The notes beneath the pieces were generated by a model that saw only the letters and a list, made by a program, of their open reading frames with translations, made no database searches and was not told the origin of the DNA. Shown piece by piece: positions 37,558 to 46,416 of a stretch of 64,000 nt of DNA. Origin of the DNA: Candidatus Eiseniibacteriota bacterium (GTDB lineage Bacteria > Eisenbacteria > RBG-16-71-46); assembly GCA_963744995.1 (NCBI GenBank), contig CAVUWA010000002.1:96001-160000 (forward strand), read 5' to 3'. A program made the position numbers and the translations under genes. How positions within the stretch are numbered: the stretch's first letter is position 1; each line of letters starts with the position of its first letter.

Positions 37558-37755
37558 ATGGCACAGCAAGGCAGCGGCGGAAGCCCGGTAAACGTGGTGG
37601 CCATCGTGGCCGTCCTGGTTCTGGTCGGACTGGCGGCCTGGTTCTTCATGGGACAGCGGTCCCAAAAGACCGCGCCGGCGCCGGCGAACAGCGAACAGAG
37701 TTCGGACGTTCACGTGAAGATTGACCTGCCCGACACGGTGACGATCACACCCTGA
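37558..37755 (+). CDS. Small single-TM hypothetical protein
   Basis: AAGGAG RBS; MAQQGSGGSPVNVVAIVAVLVLVGLAAWFFMG...DVHVKIDLPDTVTITP; 65 aa. Confidence 0.75.
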   Translation: MAQQGSGGSPVNVVAIVAVLVLVGLAAWFFMGQRSQKTAPAPANSEQSSDVHVKIDLPDTVTITP

Positions 37756-37757
37756 TC

Positions 37758-39467
37758 GTGAACTTGCGCCACCTCTGGAATTCGACGGTCGGTCGGCTCG
37801 TTCCGTGCTGCGTTCTCATGGCGCTGGGCACGGGGATGCTCGCCGGGGCGGGGTGTGCCCGCGCAGCGCCTGCGGACATCGCTTCGCCCATGAGGAATCT
37901 GGTTCAGTCCGGCAGCCATCCCGACCTGCACTGGCCCGCGTTTCCCGGCTTTCGTCTGGAGGTGGAACGGCTTTACGAACGCGCCGATTGGGGTCCGCTC
38001 TGGTTGCGTGGCACCCGTCCCACGGAGGCTGCCCGCGCGCTGATCGCGCGGCTGGCAGCCTCCGACAGCCTCGGCCTGGATCCTGCCGACTACGACGCGG
38101 CGTGGCTCGAGCGCGAGTCCCGCACGCTTCGCGGACGGGATCGACCGCCGGCTGATGCGCTCGCGCGGTTCGATGTGGGGCTTTCGGTGGCCGCCGTGCG
38201 GTTCGTCTCCGCGCTCCATCGCGGGCGCGTGAGCCCGAGCGTGGTGCATGCCCAGCTCTTCATCCCGCGCTCCTTCCTGGCGGTGGAGATGGCCGTGGAT
38301 TCACTGCGCGACACCGGCAGGCAGCAGTCGATCCTGGAGCGCGTGCAACCACGCCTGCATCACTACCAGTTGCTCAAGAACGGTCTCGCCCGCTATCGGA
38401 TTCTGGCGCGTGACACGACCCTCGTGCCGCTGCCGGCGCTGCCACGGGTGGTCAAGCCCGGCATGCCGCTTCGCGCGGCCTCACGCCTGCGGCACCTGCT
38501 CGAGGCGACGGGAGATCTCGATCACGCGGCGCCCGGGGGCCCGGCAGTGGAGTCGCTCTACACCGCCGACCTCGTGGCGGCGGTGAGACGGTTCCAGGTC
38601 CGTCAGGGGCTCGAGCCGGACGGCGTCATCGGTCCCGCCACGGCCGCGCAGCTCGATCGTCCGTTCGCCGGACGGGTGCGACAGATCGTCCTGGCGCTGG
38701 AGCGCTTCCGCTGGCTGCCGCCTTCGTTTGCGGAGCCGCCCATCATCGTCAACATCCCGGGCTTCCGGCTCTATGCGTTTCGCGGGGCCAGCGATGCCGA
38801 GGACCAGATGCTCGCCATGGACGTCGTGGTGGGGGGTGCGCTCGACAAGAGCACACCCGTGTTCGCCGCGGACATGAAGTACCTGATCTTTCGTCCCTAC
38901 TGGGAGGTCCCCGTCAGCATCATGCTGAAGGAACTGGGTCCGAAGGCGTTGAGTGATCCGGGCTATCTCGAGCGCGAGCGTATGGTGCTCGTGAGCGGGA
39001 ATTCGGACGGGGCGACGGAGCTGCCCGCGACCCGCGGGAACCTCGAGCAGATCGGCAGAGACCTCCGTATTCGCCAGCTCCCGGGACCGGAGAATGCGCT
39101 GGGCCTGCTGAAGTTCATTCTGCCGAACGCGCACGACGTGTACCTGCATGACACGCCCTCCAAGGGTCTGTTCGCCAGCGCGCGCCGCGACTTGAGCCAC
39201 GGCTGCATCCGGCTCGGCGACCCGGTCGCGCTTGCCGCCCACGTCCTGCGCGACCAGCCCGAATGGACGGTCGAGCGCATCCGCGCGGCGATGACCGACG
39301 GTGACGACAACCACAGGGTCAACCTCACCCGGCCGATTCCGGTCTGCATCGTGTACGCCACGGCCTTCGCGCGCGAGGACGGCAGCGTCTACTTCTACCC
39401 GGACATCTACAGCCTGGACGACGAGCTGGACCGCCTGCTTCGCAAAGGCTACCCATATCCGCAGTGA
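37758..39467 (+). CDS. L,D-transpeptidase, YcbB/LdtD family (scaffold + PG-binding + YkuD domains)
   Basis: AV.RFQ.RQGL..DG.IGP.T; VNIP.F.L; P.W.VP.SI; Q.PGP.NALG..KF; YLHDTP; SHGCIR. Confidence 0.93.
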   Translation: MNLRHLWNSTVGRLVPCCVLMALGTGMLAGAGCARAAPADIASPMRNLVQSGSHPDLHWPAFPGFRLEVERLYERADWGPLWLRGTRPTEAARALIARLAASDSLGLDPADYDAAWLERESRTLRGRDRPPADALARFDVGLSVAAVRFVSALHRGRVSPSVVHAQLFIPRSFLAVEMAVDSLRDTGRQQSILERVQPRLHHYQLLKNGLARYRILARDTTLVPLPALPRVVKPGMPLRAASRLRHLLEATGDLDHAAPGGPAVESLYTADLVAAVRRFQVRQGLEPDGVIGPATAAQLDRPFAGRVRQIVLALERFRWLPPSFAEPPIIVNIPGFRLYAFRGASDAEDQMLAMDVVVGGALDKSTPVFAADMKYLIFRPYWEVPVSIMLKELGPKALSDPGYLERERMVLVSGNSDGATELPATRGNLEQIGRDLRIRQLPGPENALGLLKFILPNAHDVYLHDTPSKGLFASARRDLSHGCIRLGDPVALAAHVLRDQPEWTVERIRAAMTDGDDNHRVNLTRPIPVCIVYATAFAREDGSVYFYPDIYSLDDELDRLLRKGYPYPQ

Positions 39468-39617
39468 GTCGGCCCCGCGGCTGTGCGACTCGATCCCGCG
39501 CCGTTCCGCGCACACTTCGCTCGCGCTGCCGGTTCCCCTGCGCTCCGGGGCTCCTGGCGGGGACGTCAGGTCGCTGCCCGAACGCCTCTTGCAGGGTTTG
39601 CGCCGAATTCACCCCCG

Positions 39618-39632
39618 GGGCATGCGGGTTGC
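39618..39632 (+). promoter_or_regulatory. Probable sigma-54 promoter
   Basis: GGGCAT-GCGGG-TTGC. Confidence 0.55.
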
Positions 39633-39790
39633 CGTAGGGTGCGGCCGATACCTGAACCAGGGAATCGGGGTCACCGCTTCCCTGGAAGGTCCACCACTCA
39701 CCCGTCGGTTCGCGCTGGCCGCACCTCCGGATCCCAACCCCCCCTTCGTTGGGCCAGATGCATCACGGGCCATCGGGCCCGTGAAACGGG

Positions 39791-40768
39791 ATGGGGTCGC
39801 ACGGGTCTGACATCCACACCCTGCACGCCGGGAGAGCCTTCTTGGACCACGTTCGCCGAATCGCCGCGCTGGCCTGCGCGTCGCTCACGCTGATTGCGGC
39901 TTCGCCTCAACCCCCGGCGGGCCCGGGCGAATCCGCGGCTGCCGCGCAGCCTCCGAACCATGATGGTGACTCGCGGGCTCCGCTCCAGGATCTGCTCGGG
40001 TCGAGCGGCAATCTGCGCGCCCTGATCGCGACGCCGGACTCGCTGGCCCGCAGCCGCGTCCTGCGGCCGCTTCTCGCCGGGATCCCTGTGGAAGCGCCCG
40101 GAATCCACACCCTGGCAGTGACCGCCCCGAACGGGGATTCACTGGTGGTCGTATCGCTGAAGCCGCTCGGGCCCTTGAAGAGTGCGCGAATCGGGAATTA
40201 TCACGTCGGACACTGGCCCGCGGGCGGCGTCGCGGGGCGATCCGCAGCCTACGCGCCCCCCGCGGGCTTCATTCCGGTGACGCCCGAGAACCAGACCACC
40301 CTCGTCTCGAAACACTTTCTCCTGCGTGACTTCCTGACGCACGACCAGTCGCAGGTGTGGCCCAAGGTTCTGGTCCTGCGCGTGCCGCTGGTGGACAAGC
40401 TCGAGCTGATCAGCGCGGAACTGGAGCGTCGCGGGCTGCCCGGCAAGCTGCATGTCATGTCGGGTTTCCGGACGCCGCAGTACAACGCGCAGGGAGTGGG
40501 CGCAAAGGGCGGCCGCGCCGGAGCAAGCCGTCACATGTACGGCGATGCGGCCGACGTCTTCGTGGACGCGGATGACGACGGTGTGATGGACGACCTCGAC
40601 GGCGATGGACGGATCACCGTCAACGACGCGCGGGTGCTTCTCGGCGTCGCCGCAGGCGTCGAGGCCCTTCATCCCGATCTGGTCGGTGGACTCTCGGCCT
40701 ACCCGGCGAATTCCGCGCACGGGCCGTTCGTCCACGTCGACGCCCGGGGGTTTCGCGCCCGCTGGTGA
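39791..40768 (+). CDS. Peptidase M15/DUF882 (YcbK/MepK-like) zinc peptidase
   Basis: SKHF.L.DF, MSGFRTP.YN, SRHMYGDAAD, FVHVD.RG..ARW; EF-hand-like DADDDG/DLDGDG insert. Start uncertain. Confidence 0.85.
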   Translation: MGSHGSDIHTLHAGRAFLDHVRRIAALACASLTLIAASPQPPAGPGESAAAAQPPNHDGDSRAPLQDLLGSSGNLRALIATPDSLARSRVLRPLLAGIPVEAPGIHTLAVTAPNGDSLVVVSLKPLGPLKSARIGNYHVGHWPAGGVAGRSAAYAPPAGFIPVTPENQTTLVSKHFLLRDFLTHDQSQVWPKVLVLRVPLVDKLELISAELERRGLPGKLHVMSGFRTPQYNAQGVGAKGGRAGASRHMYGDAADVFVDADDDGVMDDLDGDGRITVNDARVLLGVAAGVEALHPDLVGGLSAYPANSAHGPFVHVDARGFRARW

Positions 40769-40842
40769 GCCCCGGGCGCGTGAGCCGGTCGGGGAATGGC
40801 GCTGCGTGCCCGGCGCCGCCGGAGCCCGGGCGCGACCTCTGC

Positions 40843-40857
40843 TGGCATGGTTCCTGC
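40843..40857 (+). promoter_or_regulatory. Sigma-54 promoter
   Basis: TGGCAT-GGTTC-CTGC. Confidence 0.65.
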
Positions 40858-40933
40858 GGCTGGCATCTCCGCCCCGGGCCTCGCGACGGCGTCCCTGCCC
40901 TCGATCGGCCGGCACCGCGCACACGGAGGACTC

Positions 40934-41128
40934 ATGCCACTGATCACCGTCGTCATCACTCTGATCGTCGTCGGGGTGCTGCTCTGGCTCATCAACACGT
41001 ACATCCCGATGGACTCGAAGATCAAGAGCCTGCTCAACATCGTCGTCGTCATCGGCGTCGTGCTCTGGCTGCTGAGCGTGTTCGGCGTGATCGGCAACCT
41101 CTCCAGCATCCGGATCGGGCGGGGCTAG
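40934..41128 (+). CDS. Thivi_2564-family small membrane protein
   Basis: GGAGG RBS; LIVVGVLLWLINTYIPMD.KIK..LN.VVVI.VVLWLL..FG. Confidence 0.85.
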   Translation: MPLITVVITLIVVGVLLWLINTYIPMDSKIKSLLNIVVVIGVVLWLLSVFGVIGNLSSIRIGRG

Positions 41129-41162
41129 CGCCGGCAGCGATCTGCCCGCGACGAATCAGGCG

Positions 41163-41228
41163 GGTCACGGCTTCAAACGAAGGAAGGAATTACAACCCGG
41201 CCCGAGGCGATGCCTCGTCGCGCCGCGC
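41163..41228. repeat. About 65-bp intergenic repeat, copy B (paired UAS)
   Basis: Aligns with 35771-35836; core GGAAGGAATTACAACCCG at 41182-41199. Confidence 0.8.
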
Positions 41229-41274
41229 GGACCGCGCTGAGCCCTGCGGCCCGCCCTTGAAGGAAGGTCTGCTC

Positions 41275-41922
41275 ATGAAACGCATTCTCGGCATTCTGTT
41301 GATCCTCGCTGTCGCGACGTGCGCCACCTCCACGGCCCGCGCCGGAATGGCCCTCGGCGTCAAGGCTGGCGTGAGCCTGTCCCACGTGAACGCGGATCTG
41401 TTCGACACGGACAACCGCACCGGTTTCGTGGGCGGCGTGTACGGCACGTTCGACCTGTCGCCCATGCTGGGCGTGCAGCCCGAGCTGCTGTTCGTACGCA
41501 AGGGCGCCAAACTGTTCAGCACCGACGTGACGATCGGCGGGATCGACTTCGGGAACGTCGGCAGCACGCTCGACGTGGACTATGTCGAGATCCCGCTCCT
41601 GCTCCGGATTTCGGCGCCCAGCCCCGGCGCCGTCGACCTGCGGCTGCTGGCCGGGCCCGTGGCGTCATTCAAGGTGGACGAGAAGATCAGCACCACCGGG
41701 CTGCTCGGCTTTTCGCTCGACTCGGACCAGGTCAAGTCCTCGGACTTCGGGCTCGCGGTCGGGGGCGCGGCGGCGATCCGGAACGGCGCCATGCGGGTGG
41801 TCGCCGAAGGACGCTATACCTTCGGCCTCTCGAACATTTCCGACCTGCCGTTCGGCGGCGATGTGAAGAACGGCGCGTTCTACGCCACGCTCGGTCTGGA
41901 GTTCCCCTTCGGCGCGCCCTGA
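41275..41922 (+). CDS. Porin-family outer-membrane beta-barrel (PorT-like)
   Basis: GVKAG.S.S, GF.GG, QPELLF.RKG, DY.EIPLLL, GP, DFGL..G, EGRY.FGL.NI. Confidence 0.88.
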   Translation: MKRILGILLILAVATCATSTARAGMALGVKAGVSLSHVNADLFDTDNRTGFVGGVYGTFDLSPMLGVQPELLFVRKGAKLFSTDVTIGGIDFGNVGSTLDVDYVEIPLLLRISAPSPGAVDLRLLAGPVASFKVDEKISTTGLLGFSLDSDQVKSSDFGLAVGGAAAIRNGAMRVVAEGRYTFGLSNISDLPFGGDVKNGAFYATLGLEFPFGAP

Positions 41923-42076
41923 CACACGGGCGCAGTCGCTTCTACGCCGCGCCGGGAGGCATTTACATCGGGGGCCCCGTCACGGGGCCGCAGGCGCCGC
42001 GCCGCGCGACCGCACGCTGACGCCATGTCTGCCGCCTGCGGCAGGTTGCAGTGTATCTGTGATCATCCCACGCGAG

Positions 42077-42091
42077 TGGCTTGTATCGTGC
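42077..42091 (+). promoter_or_regulatory. Probable sigma-54 promoter
   Basis: TGGCTT-GTATC-GTGC; UAS-like GGAGGCATTTACA at 41955-41967. Confidence 0.5.
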
Positions 42092-42346
42092 ATGTGTAGA
42101 CAGGCAGTACAGGCAGCACCCGCTCGATGCACGGGGCGGCCCGAGGCCCGGCCCCCACACCGCAAGCGAGCCCCGAATCGTCCGATCAGCCAGCGTCTGC
42201 TGGCCTGTTGCGACCTCTGAAGCACCCGCACGTCGACGATTCCGATCGAACCACCGACAAGTTCGAGCACTCTCGACCTTTCATCCTTCGCGTTGAGGCG
42301 CCGCCAGCGCGGCACTTCCGCACATGTCACTCAAGGAGCAACTCTC

Positions 42347-42958
42347 ATGCGTTACACACGCTACCTATCCATCGCCGCGCTCGTCGCGGTCACCGCGCTC
42401 ACGGGATGCCGCGACGGGAACCAGGTCGCCAGCAATACCGGCGGCAGCGTCGACAACGTGGCACACATCACGGTTCCGTCCGGCACCCCGATCGAGATCA
42501 CGCTGGGCACCGGCCTCACTTCCGAGCACGCCAGCGTCGGCGATGCATGGACGGGTTCGGTCGCCAACGGCATCAACGGCATCCCCGCCGGCAGCACGGT
42601 CAGCGGCACGGTCAGCGCGGTCAAGCCCGCAGTGAAGGGTGATCGCGCCATGCTCGACCTGCAGCTGACTTCGATCAACGTCAACGGTCACAACTATCCG
42701 ATGCAGGGCGGGACGGAAGCCGTCGTCGCCGGTTCGACGCGGGCTCGCAACCTGGGCGCCATCGCCGGTTCAGCGGCAGGCGGCGCGCTCATCGGCAAGG
42801 CCGTGAGCGGAACGGGCAAGGGTGCCGTGATCGGCGGCGTCATCGCCGGCGGCGTGGCCACCGGCGTCGTGGCCGCCTCGGACGGCTATCAGGTGCTGCT
42901 CAAGCCGGGCACCCCGCTCACGTTCACGACCAGCAGCGCAGTGGCCGTGCGCTCCTGA
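42347..42958 (+). CDS. Lipoprotein with TrbI/VirB10-like beta domain and glycine zipper
   Basis: AAGGAG RBS; lipobox LTGC; VPSGT.I.I.L...L.S; IPAGS.V.G.V; GxxxG zipper; PGT.L.F. Confidence 0.75.
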   Translation: MRYTRYLSIAALVAVTALTGCRDGNQVASNTGGSVDNVAHITVPSGTPIEITLGTGLTSEHASVGDAWTGSVANGINGIPAGSTVSGTVSAVKPAVKGDRAMLDLQLTSINVNGHNYPMQGGTEAVVAGSTRARNLGAIAGSAAGGALIGKAVSGTGKGAVIGGVIAGGVATGVVAASDGYQVLLKPGTPLTFTTSSAVAVRS

Positions 42959-43028
42959 CGCGGGCACGCGCAGGCTGCCGCGCAGCGACACAAGGTAAAG
43001 AAGTCATCAGCGGAAAGGAGCGCTTGAA

Positions 43029-43244
43029 ATGAAGATCCTGGCCATTGCACTCATCGTTCTTGGAATCGTCGGGCTGGTCTACGGCGGGATTGGCTACAAC
43101 CGGCAGACGACGATCCTCGATGTAGGCGGAATCAAAGCGACGGCGACGGAACACAAGACCATTCCGATTGCGCCCATCGCCGGAGGGCTCGCGCTGGCCG
43201 GAGGAGTCGTCCTCCTCCTCAACTCGAGGAAGCGCTCCACCTGA
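43029..43244 (+). CDS. DUF3185-like two-TM small protein
   Basis: AAGGAG RBS; LVYGGIGYNRQTTILDVG..KAT..EHKTIPI.P..GG.AL.GG. Confidence 0.82.
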   Translation: MKILAIALIVLGIVGLVYGGIGYNRQTTILDVGGIKATATEHKTIPIAPIAGGLALAGGVVLLLNSRKRST

Positions 43245-43289
43245 GACGGACCCCTGCATTCGCAATCACTGTTTCAACTTGCTGCTCCC

Positions 43290-43316
43290 GGGCGACGTCG
43301 CAAGGCGTCGCCCTTT
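43290..43316 (+). terminator. GNRA-loop hairpin with short U-tract just upstream of the sortase substrate
   Basis: GGGCGACGTC-GCAA-GGCGTCGCCC-TTT. Confidence 0.45.
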
Positions 43317-43334
43317 GAAGAGAAGAGACCTCAG

Positions 43335-44399
43335 ATGAAAGCAACGCAACGAACACATCGTACGTGGAGCGCGGCGGCCTGCGCGCTCGTGATGCTGGGA
43401 CTCATGGCCGGGGCCTCGCTGGCCGCGACCCCGCCCGGCACCGCCTACCGGTTCTCGTCACACCCGATGATCTCGGGAACGGTGGCGACGGTGAACGATC
43501 ACCAGATGGTCGTGAACACCGACCAGGGGGAACAGGTCACCCTGGAGGTGGACTCGCGCACCATGGCGCCGCGGGATCTCGGACCGGGCATGATCATGCG
43601 CGCTGAGTTCGTGGCGCTCGAAGACTGTCGCTTCTACGCGCAGCGGATCACTCCCATTCGGGGCATGTCCGCTGAACGGACACAGGCCTATGCCAACACC
43701 CGCGACAGTCGCGAGGTCGTCGCACGCGATGCCACGGCGCCAGGAAATGGCCGTGAGGCCGGCGGCGCTGTTCAGGCCGACACGGATGGCCGCGTGACCC
43801 TGCCGCAGCAGATGCGCACGCATTCTCCCGGGGCCATGATGACGGCGACGCCCAACACCGCCGACTACCACTTCTCCGACCGTCCGATGATCTCGGGCCG
43901 GGTGGTATCGGTGAACGATCACCGTCTGATGATCGCGACGAACCAGGGCCAGGCGGTGGGCATGGTCATGGACTCCCGAACCATCGTGCCCCGCGAGGTC
44001 GCGCCCGGTACGTTCCTGCGGGTGGAGTTCATGCAGATGACCGATGGCCGCTATTACGCGAAGCGCGTCAATCTGCTCGGTGGCAGCGAGGCGGACCGGG
44101 AACAGGCCTACTCGCAGACGCTCGACAGTGATCTGGTGGTCGCTCAGAACAGCGTGGATTGCGGATTCACGAGCGCCACCGGCCGCAACGCGCCGATCTC
44201 CGACGCTGAAGTCGTCGAGCGGCGCGAGATCGAGCCGGCGACCTATGCGGTCGTGGCGCAGCGCGAGCCCGCGCGGGTGGAGCGCGCGGACACACTCCCG
44301 CAGACCGCGAGCCGTCAGCCGCTGATTCTGCTGCTGGGTGTGTCGTCGCTGGGAGCGGCGGGATTCTGGACGGTCCTGCGCAGCCTGCGGATCGTCTGA
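43335..44399 (+). CDS. Secreted protein with duplicated ~93-aa OB-like domain and C-terminal LPQTA sortase signal
   Basis: Signal peptide; repeats at 43446-43724 and 43866-44144; LPQTA (44295-44309) + hydrophobic helix + R-containing tail. Confidence 0.82.
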   Translation: MKATQRTHRTWSAAACALVMLGLMAGASLAATPPGTAYRFSSHPMISGTVATVNDHQMVVNTDQGEQVTLEVDSRTMAPRDLGPGMIMRAEFVALEDCRFYAQRITPIRGMSAERTQAYANTRDSREVVARDATAPGNGREAGGAVQADTDGRVTLPQQMRTHSPGAMMTATPNTADYHFSDRPMISGRVVSVNDHRLMIATNQGQAVGMVMDSRTIVPREVAPGTFLRVEFMQMTDGRYYAKRVNLLGGSEADREQAYSQTLDSDLVVAQNSVDCGFTSATGRNAPISDAEVVERREIEPATYAVVAQREPARVERADTLPQTASRQPLILLLGVSSLGAAGFWTVLRSLRIV

Positions 44400-44475
44400 A
44401 CGTGCCGTGTCTACCCGGTGGCCGGTCCCTGAGACCGCCGGGTGGCACCGCCGCAGCCACGAGGCACCTCGTCCA

Positions 44476-45123
44476 ATGATCACGGGCCATAAATTCCATT
44501 GGTTCCGGGGCGGGCTCCTGATTCTGGGGTTGCTGCTCCTCGGGCGATGGTCTACGACCGCCATCGAGGCGCACCACTTTCAGGCGGCCACGTCGGGCGC
44601 CTTCGACATCGCATTGCGCGATGCTGCCGCCGCCCCGTCCGTCGCCGTCGGCAATCAGGCGCCGGTCACCGGGGCACTCGCAGCCGAACCGCCGCGGCGC
44701 GCAGCGGAGTCGGGGACCGTGCTCGGCCGGATCGAAATTCCGCGCCTCGGTATGACCGCGATGGTCGCCGAGGGCGTGGACGCCCGGACGCTCGGACGCG
44801 CCGTGGGACACGTTCCATCGACGGCATGGCCGGGTGGAGCCGGCAACTGCGGGCTCGCGGGACACCGCGACACCTTTCTGCGCGGTCTCGGGAAGGTGCG
44901 TGTGGACGACGTCATTCACATCGTCACGCTCGAGCGCACCACCAGCTACCGGGTCGAATGGACCGAAATCGTCGAGCCGACGCGCGTAGACGTGCTGGAT
45001 TCGACGGCGACCCGCTCGCTGACCCTCGTCACCTGCTACCCGTTCGTATTCGTCGGCCACGCGCCGCAGCGGTTCATCGTCCGGGCCAGGCAGGTCGAGG
45101 AGCGCCACTCCGCCGGCTCGTGA
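44476..45123 (+). CDS. Class D-type sortase
   Basis: N-terminal TM; GRIEIPRLG; LAGHRDTF; LTLVTCYPF; PQRFIVRA (His-Cys-Arg triad). Confidence 0.93.
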   Translation: MITGHKFHWFRGGLLILGLLLLGRWSTTAIEAHHFQAATSGAFDIALRDAAAAPSVAVGNQAPVTGALAAEPPRRAAESGTVLGRIEIPRLGMTAMVAEGVDARTLGRAVGHVPSTAWPGGAGNCGLAGHRDTFLRGLGKVRVDDVIHIVTLERTTSYRVEWTEIVEPTRVDVLDSTATRSLTLVTCYPFVFVGHAPQRFIVRARQVEERHSAGS

Positions 45124-45204
45124 GCACTCTTCCATGAACGCGCGGGCTTGCACCGCGGCCCGTTCCTCGAAATTTCCGTCGGGCGCAGGGCGACCTGGAC
45201 GCGC

Positions 45205-45978
45205 CTATGCTGCGTGTGGCCCGGGCCACGACACACCGCCCTTGCTGAGGAGTCGACGCGCGTTGGCCTCCAGGAGATCGACCATCTCCTGACGATCCAG
45301 GGCTCGCAGCTCCGCCAACCGATCCACCACCCGCCGCAGCAGCGCCGGTTTCCCTGGAGAGCCCTCCAGCCAGGCCCACCCACCCGGGTTGTCCGTCTCG
45401 CTGAGAAGGCGGTCCAGGGGAACGCGTCGAGCAATCTTCGCGATGCGCTCCGAGCGGAGCACTTCCACCCCCACCGAGAAGTACGCGCCCATCTCCGCCA
45501 GGGCTGCCATCGGCCGCTGGGGACCCTTGTACCAGTGCACCACCGCCAGCGGGGCTCCGGCTTCACGCATCCGATCTGCCACACGGACCTCGGCGCCCGA
45601 AGTGTGCAGGTTGAGAAGCTTTCCCGTGCGCCGTGCTGCATCCAGAAACAAGGCGAAGACCTCCTCCTGCGGTCCGTAGGCGCCCTCGTCCTTCACGAAC
45701 CGTCGATCCAGCCCCACCTCGCCGAGCATGGGCGCCTCGTTCACCAGGGTCTCCAGCTCGTCAAGCCGCCCGGCCCACTCGGGGGCGTTCCACGGATGGA
45801 TCCCGAAGGAAGTCAGGATCAGCGGCTCGTCCCGACTCAGCGCCACCGTGGTGTGGTAGGAGTCCACGTCCATGGACACGGCCAACGACACGATGCCGTG
45901 GCGCCGGATCTCGTCCCGCGCGGCGGGCCAATCCTCCTTGTAGCCATCCACGTGGACGTGGGCATCGCAGAGTGTCAT
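45205..45978 (-). CDS. tatD: TatD family hydrolase/DNase
   Basis: DAHVH, GIHPW, GEVGLD, NLH, VHWY, L.ETD.P. Confidence 0.9.
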   Translation of the reverse strand: MTLCDAHVHVDGYKEDWPAARDEIRRHGIVSLAVSMDVDSYHTTVALSRDEPLILTSFGIHPWNAPEWAGRLDELETLVNEAPMLGEVGLDRRFVKDEGAYGPQEEVFALFLDAARRTGKLLNLHTSGAEVRVADRMREAGAPLAVVHWYKGPQRPMAALAEMGAYFSVGVEVLRSERIAKIARRVPLDRLLSETDNPGGWAWLEGSPGKPALLRRVVDRLAELRALDRQEMVDLLEANARRLLSKGGVSWPGPHAA

Positions 45979-46149
45979 GGGTGCGATTCCGAGAAGAAGC
46001 CGAAGTGGACCATCATGCAGGCCTCCACGGCCGCGGCCGGCCGTCCCGAACGCCCGGCGATTCTCGTCGGTGTCGCGGACGCCCGGACGCTGCAACTCCA
46101 GCTGGATCCCGCTCACTGTGCCACACGCTCGCAGCCCGGAGCCACGGCC

Positions 46150-46184
46150 TTGAAGATTCTTCCACGGGACGTGCGCGATTCTAC
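46150..46184. promoter_or_regulatory. Candidate paired UAS
   Basis: TTGAAGATTCTTCCACGGGACGTGCGCGATTCTAC, near-copy of 57025-57058, 144 bp upstream of the 46294 promoter. Confidence 0.65.
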
Positions 46185-46293
46185 TTCGACGGCTCCCGCG
46201 CGGGCCCGCAATAGCGTGCCGAGTCCGCATGTCCGAGCCTGAATCGCGGTGGCTCGCTGGACGTTGGATGGACGCGTTCAAGACGCCGCCTGG

Positions 46294-46308
46294 TGGCACG
46301 GAACTGGC
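46294..46308 (+). promoter_or_regulatory. Sigma-54 promoter for the radical SAM gene
   Basis: TGGCAC-GGAAC-TGGC. Confidence 0.7.
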
Positions 46309-46416
46309 TTTGGGCGCCATTCGAAATCCACTTTCCGAGGCCGGCCGGTGCGTCGCCGAACCGAAGCACGACCGCCAGGCTTGCGGTCGCCTCGTGAGCC
46401 GGAGGGAGGACGAATC

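Noticed and set aside
44443..44457. TGGCAC-CGCCG-CAGC before the sortase
   Set aside because: Spacing is correct, but the -12 element is poor and it would leave only a ~7-nt leader.
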